A stretch of 64,000 nucleotides of DNA from Verrucomicrobiota bacterium (GTDB lineage Bacteria > Verrucomicrobiota > Lentisphaeria > Lentisphaerales > Lentisphaeraceae): positions 28,932-92,931 of the forward strand of contig JBDKFG010000007.1 in assembly GCA_039798785.1 (NCBI GenBank). Reading direction: 5' to 3'. Numbering within the stretch: the first letter of the stretch is position 1; every line of letters starts with the position of its first letter. The notes under the pieces are model-generated. The model was not told the DNA's origin, did no database searches, and saw only the letters and a program-made list of their open reading frames with translations. This document shows positions 8,299-17,577 of the stretch, in pieces. Position numbers and translations under genes: made by a program.

Positions 8299-10626
8299 TC
8301 AGCGGCGTGGCGAGGTCGGAATCCGCTCTGAGTGCAAGGTCTTTACCTCGCCGTTGATGCGGACTTTAAGGGATGTCGGCTCTGGCGAGGTGATGCGATA
8401 CGAAATCACTCGGCCATCCTTCCAAGCGCAGTCGACGGTGTGGCCGCCGCGGGCACGCAGGCCCTTGAAGGAGCCTTGCTTCGCCCAGCTTTTGGGGAGG
8501 GCAGGAAGCAGATCGATGAAGCCCTGGTGCGACTGCAGCAGCATTTCCGCCATGCCGGCACAGGCTCCCAGGTTGCAGTCGATCTGAAAGTAGCCGCAGG
8601 TTTTGCTCCACAGGTTGGGTGATGAATCGCCGTAAACTTCGCGTATGAAACGCTCGCACTTTTCGCCGTCGGCGGCACGGGCCCAGCATCCGATGCGCCA
8701 CGCCTTGCCCCAGGCGGTGCCGGCGCCGCCGCGTTTCCCCAGCGATTTCACGGCTGCCTGGAAGAGCTTTGGCTGCTCCGGGCTGAAGGCTGCACCAGGA
8801 TAGAGTCCGGTCAGATGCGAGAGGTGGTAATGCCCGGGATCGTCGCCGACGACGCCGCTGCCGAATTCCAGGATGCAGCCCTCTTCGTCGAGGCCAGTGG
8901 GAGCGAGCTTGTCGAGGGCGGCATGGATCTGGCTGGAGAGCTCGGCATCCGTTTTGAGCACTTTGGCGGCCTTGAGCGTCTGCAGCAGCAGCTCGCGCGA
9001 CGTCTCGATATCGTAGGCTGCACCTGTGCAGAAGAAGCTGTTGGGTCGGCGTCCATTGGGAAGAGCAGCCATCCCGTCGATGAAACGCCTCTGCTCGGGG
9101 GACGAAGAGGGCGCATAGGTGAGACGGCCGCTATGAGGATCCTTGACCATGATCGCGATGAGGAAGCGTGAAGCTTCGCGCATCACCGGGTAGTATTCCT
9201 TCAGGAAAGTCTTGTCGAGGGTGAATTCGTAGCGATTCCAGATGTGCTGGGCGATCCAGGCGCCGCTGCCTGGGCCTGCGGCTGCGTTGATGCAAACCGA
9301 GGGGGTGAAGACCCAGGGATTGCTGGAGATGAAGCAGGTCCACCCCGGAGTGTCGGGACCGTAATAGGCCTTGGCAGTGGCTGAGCCTTCGCGGGCGAGA
9401 TCCTGCAAGTAACGCATCAGGGGCATGTGGCATTCGGAGAGATTGGTGATCTCCGCGGGCCAGTAGTTCATCTGCAGGTTGATGTTAAGATGGTAGTCGC
9501 CATCCCAGGGGCATTTCAGGGTGTCGGCCCAGATCCCCTGGAGATTGAGAGGCACGGGCGAATTGGCGCGTGATCCGGAGATCATCAGGTGGCGGGCGTA
9601 TTGGAAGTAAAGGGCGGCGAAGGCTGGATCCGGGGTCGAGATCGCCGCCTTCATTCGAGCCGGGGTGGGCATCGAGGCGTTTGCCGAGGCTGGCAGGTCC
9701 AGGCTGCAGCGATCCATCAAATTCTGGTGATCGGCCTTGGCCTGAGACGCGATCACTTCGAAGGATCGGGCCAGTCCAGCCGCCATTCGGCTGCTCACGA
9801 CTTTCTGGAATCCTGGGTCGAACATGTCTGTGCCGGCGCTGAGGATCAGCGTGACCTCATCGGCCGCGACGATTTCCATCGTGTCGGCTAAGGGCTTGAC
9901 CTTGCCGCCTTTGGCGTGAATCCCCAGCCGGGCCTGGAAGCGGAGGCCGGGCTGATTTCTGGCGCCTGAATCGAGCTGACCGTCCAGAATCAGTTCCTGG
10001 CCATTGGCGTGAACACGGGCTTGCGCCTGCCGCTGAAGGGAAGCAGTGAAGTGAAGCGCGCCCGGACGATCGGCCTTGAGACGCAGGAGGATCAGCTCGG
10101 CGTCCTTGGAGGCGATAAGCTCGCGTGTGAAGTGCACGCCGTTTTGGGTGTAGCGGGTGGTGACGAGGCCGGTCTTGAGGTCGAGGGATCTTTGGTAGTT
10201 GCTGTATTCGCCTACATCCTTGAAGTCAAGGCGGAGATCGCAGAGGGTTCCATAGCTGCCGAACTGGCTTCTCAAGGGGCTGTTGAAATGCTTTTGCAGC
10301 AGCTGGTCAGCTTCGAGAATTGCGGCGCCGCCGGCGAATAGCTTGGCACGGATCTCAGGAAGCTGCTTCCAGCTCTCGGTGTTTTCGATTTTGATCCTGC
10401 TGCCGGACCAAACGGTGCTTTCGTTCACCACGATCCTTTCCGTCGTCACGCCCCCAAGGTCGGTGGCTCCGAGGCGTCCGTTGCCTACAGGAAGACCTTC
10501 GGCGAACGCCGTTGCAGGCTTGTCGAACCACAGGTTTGCCGGATCTTGAGAGGCCTCAACAGGATCCCCGGCGTGAAGCAGGGAGATGAATAAGAGGTAC
10601 AAGCCCAAGGTGCAGATCGGTTTCAT
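8299..10626 (-). CDS. GH95 alpha-L-fucosidase, secreted
   Basis: Signal peptide. LWFDKPA, LPVGNGRLGA, NLQGIW, WDGDYHLNINLQMNYW, SSPE, HLSHLTGLYP, FQIDCN, EMLLQSH, GLRARGG. Confidence 0.92.
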   Translation of the reverse strand: MKPICTLGLYLLFISLLHAGDPVEASQDPANLWFDKPATAFAEGLPVGNGRLGATDLGGVTTERIVVNESTVWSGSRIKIENTESWKQLPEIRAKLFAGGAAILEADQLLQKHFNSPLRSQFGSYGTLCDLRLDFKDVGEYSNYQRSLDLKTGLVTTRYTQNGVHFTRELIASKDAELILLRLKADRPGALHFTASLQRQAQARVHANGQELILDGQLDSGARNQPGLRFQARLGIHAKGGKVKPLADTMEIVAADEVTLILSAGTDMFDPGFQKVVSSRMAAGLARSFEVIASQAKADHQNLMDRCSLDLPASANASMPTPARMKAAISTPDPAFAALYFQYARHLMISGSRANSPVPLNLQGIWADTLKCPWDGDYHLNINLQMNYWPAEITNLSECHMPLMRYLQDLAREGSATAKAYYGPDTPGWTCFISSNPWVFTPSVCINAAAGPGSGAWIAQHIWNRYEFTLDKTFLKEYYPVMREASRFLIAIMVKDPHSGRLTYAPSSSPEQRRFIDGMAALPNGRRPNSFFCTGAAYDIETSRELLLQTLKAAKVLKTDAELSSQIHAALDKLAPTGLDEEGCILEFGSGVVGDDPGHYHLSHLTGLYPGAAFSPEQPKLFQAAVKSLGKRGGAGTAWGKAWRIGCWARAADGEKCERFIREVYGDSSPNLWSKTCGYFQIDCNLGACAGMAEMLLQSHQGFIDLLPALPKSWAKQGSFKGLRARGGHTVDCAWKDGRVISYRITSPEPTSLKVRINGEVKTLHSERIPTSPRR

Positions 10627-10715
10627 GTCGGTGTTCTCCTGTTTCTATGTGCTTAAAAAATGACGAGATGCTGACTGACCCAGCGGGTTTGAGACGGCGA
10701 AATCCAGGTCTTGTG

Positions 10716-11498
10716 TCAAGGCGAGGTGACGTCATCTTCTCCCAAGATGGCCAGATCGGGATATTGCCGGTGCAGTGTTTCGAGGTTTGCGGCGTCGATG
10801 AGGTGAAATAGGCTGGCGAAGCTGTCGGGAAACGGGGCTCCATCAATCCGCTGAGCAGGAAGGACTAGAGTTGAAATCAATCCGGCCTTGATCGGGGTGG
10901 CGAGAGGGTCACAGTAGGGTTCAACTCCGATGAGATGGAAAGCTTGTTTGCGCTGGTGGAGGATTTGCAGCCCTTCGATAAGATCGTCCTGGGTTTTGCA
11001 GTAGGGCAGGGGCATCAGAGCGATGACGGCACCGCATTCAGGATGCGCCTGAATGACTTTGGATAAATCGGACCAGCTTGCACCCTTGCCGGTGTTGAAG
11101 ATATTGGGGTTGTCGGGAGTGTCGTGAACGACAGGCCTAGCGCCCACACCCGCCTGGAGGGAGGCGATGATGCCGAGGCAGCGAGGCGAATTTATGGAAT
11201 CGAGTGGCGGGGTGATCACCAGGATGGGACCCTGGCCGCTGTGCGCCGGTGTGCAAGCGGCGGCAAGAGCTTGACCGAAATACCGGTGGTAGCGTTCAGA
11301 TTGGGCATGATTACGACGCGCTTCAGCTTGTTCCTGGTAGTCCTCCCACCAGAGGGCGCCGCCGAAAAGAAGTGCCGAGGCGGCAATCAGGGCGATGGGG
11401 AGTCTTGCGCCGGGATCTTTGCGCCGCCGCTGGCGCACCAGCGCGTAAACCCCGAGCAGCAATGCGATGATTTTGAGGCAGGTGATCATGGCGGTCAC
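10716..11498 (-). CDS. Membrane-anchored protein (2 N-terminal TM) with a periplasmic-binding-protein-like lobe; partner of the prepilin-like gene
   Basis: GTG start overlaps the upstream stop (GTGA). TM-RQRRRK-TM, then alternating beta/alpha segments ILVIT, VIQAHPECGAVIAL, IKAGLISTLV, LIDAANL. Confidence 0.65.
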   Translation of the reverse strand: MTAMITCLKIIALLLGVYALVRQRRRKDPGARLPIALIAASALLFGGALWWEDYQEQAEARRNHAQSERYHRYFGQALAAACTPAHSGQGPILVITPPLDSINSPRCLGIIASLQAGVGARPVVHDTPDNPNIFNTGKGASWSDLSKVIQAHPECGAVIALMPLPYCKTQDDLIEGLQILHQRKQAFHLIGVEPYCDPLATPIKAGLISTLVLPAQRIDGAPFPDSFASLFHLIDAANLETLHRQYPDLAILGEDDVTSP

Positions 11499-12247
11499 AG
11501 ATCGGTTGTGTAGTTATAGAGGAGGCTCCCGTCGACATTGTATTTGGCGTTGACTCCATATTCAACTGGCATCAGGCCGCGGGCGGAGCCGTCCACACCG
11601 ATCATGTTGTAGTTGTGTCTCCCGGGTGCGTGCCAGAACTCCAACTCACGGGGATTGCTGATGCCATAGGAATTCCAGTTGATGTCAATGCTGACAATCT
11701 CTTCGGCGAGGACGCAAGTGACCGGGGACTTGACTTGATTAAGGGTGCGGCATCCGTACAGGCCCAGTGCCTTGTTGGATACGCGGGTTGACCAGTCGCT
11801 GATGTTGCCGACGTAATCGGCACCTTTTTCGCGAAAGATGATGCCGCGCGAAGATGGGCATCTGTACGACTTCACCACGGTCTGGCTGTTGAGGGGTATG
11901 CCGAGATATTTGTTTAGCGGGCGTTTGTCAATGGCGAGGTCGTTGCTGCGGTAGCGTATGCTTGAGCCGTTGACTCCCAACAGGGCCAGGCAGGAACCGC
12001 TGGGGCCCATCGGGTAGAAGGCATTCCGATTGTCTTTCAAGTACAGAGTGTTGAGAATATGGATCTGCTTTAAGTTGCTGCTGCAGATGGCACGGTAGGA
12101 CAACTGCTTGACCCGTTTAGCGCCCGGCAAAAGGAGCGACACCATGATGAGGAGCACCACGACGACCATGAGTAACTCGATCAAGCTGAAGTGGAATTTG
12201 AATGGTCGTATGGAGATTAGGCATCCTGGAATTTTTATTCCTTGCAT
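11495..12247 (-). CDS. Prepilin-type N-terminal cleavage/methylation domain protein (DUF1559/H-X9-DG-like)
   Basis: FSLIELLMVVVVLLIMVSLLLP...CSSNLKQI, YRCPS, C-terminal WH...NMIGVDGS. AAGGAG RBS. Confidence 0.88.
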   Translation of the reverse strand: MQGIKIPGCLISIRPFKFHFSLIELLMVVVVLLIMVSLLLPGAKRVKQLSYRAICSSNLKQIHILNTLYLKDNRNAFYPMGPSGSCLALLGVNGSSIRYRSNDLAIDKRPLNKYLGIPLNSQTVVKSYRCPSSRGIIFREKGADYVGNISDWSTRVSNKALGLYGCRTLNQVKSPVTCVLAEEIVSIDINWNSYGISNPRELEFWHAPGRHNYNMIGVDGSARGLMPVEYGVNAKYNVDGSLLYNYTTDL

Positions 12248-12329
12248 CGGTCACTCCTTTGCTTCTCGAGTTGTTATTGATGCCAATAAACTCCTGGCGA
12301 GAATTTCAGACAGCCTCTTAGCGGATGTC

Positions 12330-12359
12330 TTTCGCGCCAATGCAATATGATTTGCGCCA
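12330..12359 (-). promoter_or_regulatory. Candidate AraC/XylR-type operator (direct repeat, 20-bp period)
   Basis: Minus strand reads TGGCGCAAAT-N10-TGGCGCGAAA, about 85-110 bp upstream of the prepilin start. Confidence 0.4.
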
Positions 12360-12365
12360 GGAACA

Positions 12366-12390
12366 CAGGGGCGGCTTGCGGCCGCCCCTG
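12366..12390 (-). terminator. Stem-loop after the VCBS gene
   Basis: 10-bp stem CAGGGGCGGC/GCCGCCCCTG with a GCAA-containing loop on the minus strand. Weak U-tract. Confidence 0.6.
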
Positions 12391-12412
12391 GGGGTTCTAG
12401 CTTGCAGAAGAA

Positions 12413-14410
12413 TCAGACGACGGGAATGACGCTGGGATAGAGATCGACCGACAAAGTGACGTCGTCGACGCTGGTTTCGGTCCCGTAGACGTCGACGGTG
12501 AAGCTTTCGACGGTCTTCTCACTGACCACCGCATCGGCGTCGAGCTTGTAAGACCAGGAGCCGTCGAGGTTGAGGCCGAAGAAGCCGAGCTCGGTGTCGA
12601 GGGTCTTGGCAAGTTTGACCTTGGGAACTTTGTTGCCAGCGTCGAGATCATAGATCTGGCCAGTGTACTGCTCCAGCCCGCCGTCGGTGACGGCGCCGCT
12701 GTTGCCGCTGAAGTTAGTGGCGGTGCCGCCGGCGGCGCCGTTGATAGTAATGGTGACTGAACTCTTGGCCGAGCCGTCGTAGGATTCGACGCTGTAAGTG
12801 GCCTTCAGGGTCTGGCCTTCGGCGAGTTTCTGGATCAGGGGGTTGGCGTTGTCGGCGAGGAACTGCCACTGTCCATCGGCGCCGATGGTGAAGGTGCCGA
12901 ATTTGTCGGTGAAGGTGGAGGCCTTGAAGAGCGACTCGCCGGTGTCGGGGTCGGTGATGGTGAGCTGGCCGGTGCTTTTGAGAAGCTGGCGTCCGTCGAC
13001 GACGAGGACATCGTCTTCGACCAGAGAACGGGGCTGTTCGGAAGGGGTGATCACCGCTTTGTCGTTGGCGCCGATGATCCGGACAGCGATGTTGTAGAGA
13101 GGCCATGGAGCCATGGTGTCGGTCAGGAATTTGCTGCCGCTCAAGCTTTTCACATCGGGATGCTCGTTGTTGAGGGTGTAGGTCCAAGTGCCGTCGATGT
13201 TGAGCTTGAAGGTGCCGTAGTCGCCGACTTTTGTGCGCTGCTCTTCGGTGAGACCGCTGAATAGACCCCCACTGTAAATGATTTCTCCTGTCAGGGGGTT
13301 CTTTACTTTGAGGCCAGTGAAAGTGATGGCAGGGAGTTTGAAGTTGCTGTCGAAAAGGATCATGTTGCCCTTGGTGAGGCTGGTGCCGGTGGCTCCGGCC
13401 TTGACTTGGATTTCAGCGAAGCCCCCGAGGCTTTCATCGACATAGTCGTCGGGGTCGGCAGTTCCGGTATTGGGCGCGAATGTGTTGCCCTTGACGCGGA
13501 GGGAGACTTTTTCGCTGCTCCCATCGCTGTGCAGGACTGTGAAAGTGTCGAGCAGCGATTGCGTGCCCTTGAGTTTCTGCACGGCGGGAAGGAAGTTGAC
13601 CAATGCGTAATCCCAGGAGCCGTCGGCCTTGACGCTGAGACTGCCGTATTTCGAATAATAGCTCCGAGCCTGGAAGCTGCCGACAAGGGGAATGGTGGCT
13701 TCTTCGGAGCTGCTAAGCTTGAGGATGCCCTTGCTGGTGAGGAAGTTGTTGGTGTAGAGATCGCTGTCCTCGGTGACTTCGCCAATGATGTTGCCGGTGC
13801 TGGGGCTGGCCGGATCCTTGCCGGTGATCAGCACTGAAAGCTTGGCGCGGCTGCCGTCGGCGCTGACCAAATAAGCGGTGGCGGTGGCAGTCTGCTTGGT
13901 GCTCAATCCGGCAATCGCTTCGCTATCGCCGCTAAAGGTCCATTTTGACAGAGTCGAATCCCAGGCAAAGACACCGTAATCGGTAGTGAAGCTGGCGCCG
14001 ACCGAAGGAGTTCCGTCCTCGGCGGTCTGGAGGAATCCGAGGATGCTGGCTTCGCCAGTGTCGAGATCGAGCACCTTGACCGGGCCGCCGACAAGATAAT
14101 TGGGCTGCCCTTCAAGTAGCTTGCCTGCGAATGTGCCGGTGAATTTGGCCGCATCGTTGACGCCGGTCAGGGTGATGACGGAGTCTGGAGCGCCGGCGGC
14201 CAGGGTTTCGGTCACCACCTGGCCATGTTTCAGCGCCTGGAGGCGGACATCCGGCGTGTAGGTGGCGGTCTGAGTGGCCCCGGCCTTGTTGACGGCGAGA
14301 GTGCCGTACAGACCTTTATATTTGGCAGCGGTGAAGGTCGTAGTCGGCAAGTCGCCGGTGACACTTTTCGAGGCATCTTCAGTGAGGGAAAGATTCAAGT
14401 CTGCGCCCAT
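12413..14410 (-). CDS. VCBS-repeat adhesin-like protein
   Basis: ATG at 14410 with GGAG RBS. Repeated YG.l.v..dGsW.Y.l.N...V..L, ITLTGVNDAA, IIGANDKAVI, TITDPDTGE units. Confidence 0.85.
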   Translation of the reverse strand: MGADLNLSLTEDASKSVTGDLPTTTFTAAKYKGLYGTLAVNKAGATQTATYTPDVRLQALKHGQVVTETLAAGAPDSVITLTGVNDAAKFTGTFAGKLLEGQPNYLVGGPVKVLDLDTGEASILGFLQTAEDGTPSVGASFTTDYGVFAWDSTLSKWTFSGDSEAIAGLSTKQTATATAYLVSADGSRAKLSVLITGKDPASPSTGNIIGEVTEDSDLYTNNFLTSKGILKLSSSEEATIPLVGSFQARSYYSKYGSLSVKADGSWDYALVNFLPAVQKLKGTQSLLDTFTVLHSDGSSEKVSLRVKGNTFAPNTGTADPDDYVDESLGGFAEIQVKAGATGTSLTKGNMILFDSNFKLPAITFTGLKVKNPLTGEIIYSGGLFSGLTEEQRTKVGDYGTFKLNIDGTWTYTLNNEHPDVKSLSGSKFLTDTMAPWPLYNIAVRIIGANDKAVITPSEQPRSLVEDDVLVVDGRQLLKSTGQLTITDPDTGESLFKASTFTDKFGTFTIGADGQWQFLADNANPLIQKLAEGQTLKATYSVESYDGSAKSSVTITINGAAGGTATNFSGNSGAVTDGGLEQYTGQIYDLDAGNKVPKVKLAKTLDTELGFFGLNLDGSWSYKLDADAVVSEKTVESFTVDVYGTETSVDDVTLSVDLYPSVIPVV

Positions 14411-14452
14411 TTCTAATCTCCATGTTTGAAGTTGAGTCCACACACGACCGCA

Positions 14453-14481
14453 ATTATATGAAAACCCTTTCCTCTTCGCAA
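14453..14481 (-). promoter_or_regulatory. Sigma70-type promoter for the VCBS gene
   Basis: Minus strand TTGCGA-N17-TATAAT. Confidence 0.6.
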
Positions 14482-14503
14482 GATCTGATGATAAAAAAAC
14501 GGC

Positions 14504-15310
14504 TCAGGGCTTCCCCGCCACCAGCACCAATCCGTGCGGCGCGCGGCGGATCTGCGACTCAAGTTGCATCCAATGGGCACCTTGATAAGGCGCTTCACCA
14601 AGGCGCGACGAGGGCAGAGGCTCGGGTTCGTAAAGGCCGTCGATGCGCAGGCCGGCGGCGAGCGCGGCGTTGATCAGGGTCGAGGGAGTCAGAGCGCGGG
14701 GAACGCAAAAATGCTCGCCGTCGAGGCTCTGCCGCGGCGCAAAAACCGGACGGAAATAATCGGGAAGGAAGAGGCCTTCGCCATCCTCCAATTCGATCCA
14801 TTCCGCCGCCGCCAAAGGATGGGCGCTGACCAGGAGAAGGCGTCCGCCCGGCGCCAACCAGGAGGCGCAGCGCTGCAGGAATTTTTGCGGATCGCGCGAA
14901 AAGGGCAGGGCCCAGACGCTGTGGATGAAGTCCCAGCAGCCTTCGCCAGCCAGCTTTGCGGGAGGCGCATCGAAGTCGCCTTCGATCAGCTCCAAGGTCA
15001 GGTGTAATTCCGTTGCGCGATGGCGCGCCGCCTCCAGCATCGCGGGAGCGAGGTCGAGCGCGGTGCAAAGGGCGCCGCGTCGCGCTAGCGAGATCGAGTT
15101 CTGCGCCGCGCCAGAGCCCAGCTCGAGACAGCGTAAGCCGCTCGGAGCCGTCGGCAGAAGTCCGAGTTCTTCGCCGGAAGGCAGCAGGGGGCCGAGGTGG
15201 AAGGACTCGTCGCTGATTTGATTTTGCGCCAGATAATCGGCAGAAAGCGCCTGCCAGAAGGCGCGAAGCGCTTCGGCTGAGCCGGGACGGTGTTGACGGG
15301 TGGAATCCAT
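14504..15310 (-). CDS. Class I SAM-dependent methyltransferase
   Basis: CLELGSGAAQNS, ALDLAPAML, WLAPGGRL. Start uncertain (15310 or 15331). Confidence 0.85.
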   Translation of the reverse strand: MDSTRQHRPGSAEALRAFWQALSADYLAQNQISDESFHLGPLLPSGEELGLLPTAPSGLRCLELGSGAAQNSISLARRGALCTALDLAPAMLEAARHRATELHLTLELIEGDFDAPPAKLAGEGCWDFIHSVWALPFSRDPQKFLQRCASWLAPGGRLLLVSAHPLAAAEWIELEDGEGLFLPDYFRPVFAPRQSLDGEHFCVPRALTPSTLINAALAAGLRIDGLYEPEPLPSSRLGEAPYQGAHWMQLESQIRRAPHGLVLVAGKP

Positions 15311-15351
15311 GTGGCATCCTAGCACCTTCACGAAAATTTGGAGAGGTTTTT

Positions 15352-16353
15352 ATGGCAGGAAAAGTGGTTCTCACCGGCATCAAGCCCACCGGCATCCCCC
15401 ACATCGGCAATTATTTCGGCGCCATCCGTCCGGCCCTCGGCCTCGCCGGCGGCTTCGAGGCGCGCTACTTCATCGCCGACTACCACGCGCTCAACTCGGT
15501 GCAAGACGCCGCCACCATGCGCGACTACACCTACCAGATCGCCGCCACCTGGATCGCCTGCGGCCTCGACCCGAAAAAGGTCCTCCTCTACCGTCAGTCC
15601 GACGTCCCCGAGACCTTCGAGCTCTCGACCTTCCTCATGGCCTTCACCGCCAAGGGCCTGATGAACCGCGCCCACGCTTACAAAGACGCCTTCTCCAAGA
15701 ACCTCGAAAAAGGTGTCGACCAGGACCACGAGATCAACATGGGCCTCTTCACCTACCCGGTGCTGATGGCCGCCGACATCCTGCTCTTCGACACCGACCT
15801 GGTACCCGTCGGCCGCGACCAGAAGCAGCACATCGAGATCGCCTGCGACATCGCCCAGCGGATCAACCACAACTACGGCGCCGAACTTTTGCGCGTGCCG
15901 CAACCGGTGATCTCCAGCACCCTCGACCTCATCCCCGGTCTCGACGGCCGCAAGATGAGCAAATCCTACGGCAACACCATCCCCCTCTGGCTACCCTCGA
16001 AAGAGCTGCGCAAGCTGCTGATGAAGATCACCACCAACTCGCAAGGCGTCGAAGAGGTCAAGGATCCCGAGACCTGCAACATCTTCGCCCTCTACAAGCT
16101 CTTCGCCAACGACGAGCAGCAAGCCGAGCTCGCGGCCCGTTACCGCGCCGGCGGCCTCGGCTGGGGCCACGCCAAACAAGCCCTCTTCGAAGTGGTCGAC
16201 GCCCACCTCGCCCCGATGCGGGAAAAATACGAGGCGCTGATCGCCGACAAAGCGACCCTCGACGCCATCCTCGACGAAGGCGCAGCCCGCGCCCGCGTCA
16301 TCGCCAGCGCCACCATGGGCCGCCTGCGCAAAGCGGCGGGATTGGGGCGGTGA
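15352..16353 (+). CDS. trpS: Tryptophanyl-tRNA synthetase
   Basis: TGIKPTG, HIGN, YPVLMAADIL, VPVGRDQKQH, KMSKS. Confidence 0.97.
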   Translation: MAGKVVLTGIKPTGIPHIGNYFGAIRPALGLAGGFEARYFIADYHALNSVQDAATMRDYTYQIAATWIACGLDPKKVLLYRQSDVPETFELSTFLMAFTAKGLMNRAHAYKDAFSKNLEKGVDQDHEINMGLFTYPVLMAADILLFDTDLVPVGRDQKQHIEIACDIAQRINHNYGAELLRVPQPVISSTLDLIPGLDGRKMSKSYGNTIPLWLPSKELRKLLMKITTNSQGVEEVKDPETCNIFALYKLFANDEQQAELAARYRAGGLGWGHAKQALFEVVDAHLAPMREKYEALIADKATLDAILDEGAARARVIASATMGRLRKAAGLGR

Positions 16354-16376
16354 GCAATTACGAATGGAGCGAGTGC

Positions 16377-16871
16377 ATGAAGTTCCTGGATCGTTTCGCT
16401 AAATCGCCGCACTCAGGTATGCTTGCTATTGATCTTGACCGGTCAATGGCGCAACTGAGTGGAGTGGATTGGGGCAAAATACCGACTGATGCCGACACAC
16501 AATTACGAGCGCGGCATGTCTTTTATCGAACACCACTAAAAGAGCTCTCTCATGTCGGATTCATCCGTTTGCTTAACATCGGCTGTGACACCAAATATTT
16601 GGTTCCTGCGGCTCTGTATAAACTGCGCCTTGAGCTTGATCACGGGGAGCTTCTTTGCTCTATCCTAAAGGCTGATGATTTTGACTGGAAAATGCAGCCA
16701 GATTGCATACAAGAAGTTAGATCTTTAGTTGATGCTTTAGATAATTCAATCGGAGAAATCACAAGCGATATCCTGCGCCTGTCAAAGTCAGAAGAATTGT
16801 GGCGTCAATATGCGATTTTTGAGCGGTATCTCGCAATCTCAATTTCCCAAGGAGCTCCCCCATGTCCCTGA
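16377..16871 (+). CDS. Putative CdiI-type (contact-dependent inhibition) immunity protein
   Basis: This is the real 3' part of ORF 15300..16871. ATG 16377 has a GGAG RBS (alternative GTG 16350). Pattern S..QL.G.DWG...T......RTPL..L....I..L......YLVP.A...L......GELL..IL resembles the CdiI_3 family as recalled. Confidence 0.6.
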   Translation: MKFLDRFAKSPHSGMLAIDLDRSMAQLSGVDWGKIPTDADTQLRARHVFYRTPLKELSHVGFIRLLNIGCDTKYLVPAALYKLRLELDHGELLCSILKADDFDWKMQPDCIQEVRSLVDALDNSIGEITSDILRLSKSEELWRQYAIFERYLAISISQGAPPCP

Positions 16872-16881
16872 CGGGATTGGG

Positions 16882-16916
16882 CAGAAGGTAGAATTAAGAA
16901 TTTAGAATGTAGAATT
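16882..16916 (+). repeat. Degenerate heptamer tandem repeat x5
   Basis: CAGAAGG TAGAATT AAGAATT TAGAATG TAGAATT. Confidence 0.75.
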
Positions 16917-16938
16917 GAGCGGCCATGGAAGGAGGCTT

Positions 16939-17577
16939 ATGACTAGCCAGAATCTCCAGACACTGCGTTTACGCAGCGACTCTATCGCCCACCTGAACGA
17001 GGGGCAGGTTGAATTGCTGATTCGTTCAACGCCGTTAAGTCGCTTGGTTTTGCCTGAGTTGCACCAAGACATCAAATTGATTCTGTCGGCAGATGTTTAT
17101 CAACTCCCCTTTGGCTTTGATCCGGAGGATCGCAGCCGTTTCAAGATTGAACAGTTGCCAGCAAGCGACATTGAATATGCTGACGCCGCTATCATCGACA
17201 CTTGGCCGCATATTTATTGGCTGAAATCTATGCACGAACGCCAGCTGGTGACTGTCCAGGATTACACGCACGACGAAAGTCATAGGTGGGAGAAATTGTC
17301 GGGGCTCCGCATCGGCGGATGGCCCTTGGAGATTCAATCCATCATGATGCAATGGGAGTGTGAGTATGCATCGGCGGGTTTGAATACAGGTGGCGGCTTA
17401 CAGGTGATCGGCATTGACTGGGAACAAAACTTGGATGAAGTCCTGAAATGGAAATTGATCCTCCAATACCCAGCTGGCGGGAATCATACATTTCTCGACG
17501 ATGGATGTGTCTATCTGTGGGGGAAAAGCGATGGAGAAAAATTCATAAATTATTGGGTTGTTAGCCAGTCTACATAA
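16939..17577 (+). CDS. YwqG/DUF1963 family protein
   Basis: AGGAGG RBS. RIGGWPLEIQ, WKLILQY, FLDDGCVYLW, terminal VVSQST. Confidence 0.75.
   Translation: MTSQNLQTLRLRSDSIAHLNEGQVELLIRSTPLSRLVLPELHQDIKLILSADVYQLPFGFDPEDRSRFKIEQLPASDIEYADAAIIDTWPHIYWLKSMHERQLVTVQDYTHDESHRWEKLSGLRIGGWPLEIQSIMMQWECEYASAGLNTGGGLQVIGIDWEQNLDEVLKWKLILQYPAGGNHTFLDDGCVYLWGKSDGEKFINYWVVSQST

Noticed and set aside
12345..12360. Sigma54 promoter before the first prepilin (TGGCGC...TTGC)
   Set aside because: The GG-GC spacing is 3 nt too long. A direct-repeat operator fits better.
15300..16349. 5' part of the 523-aa ORF 15300..16871
   Set aside because: It is an Arg/Pro-rich off-frame shadow of trpS. Only the part after the trpS stop looks like a real protein.
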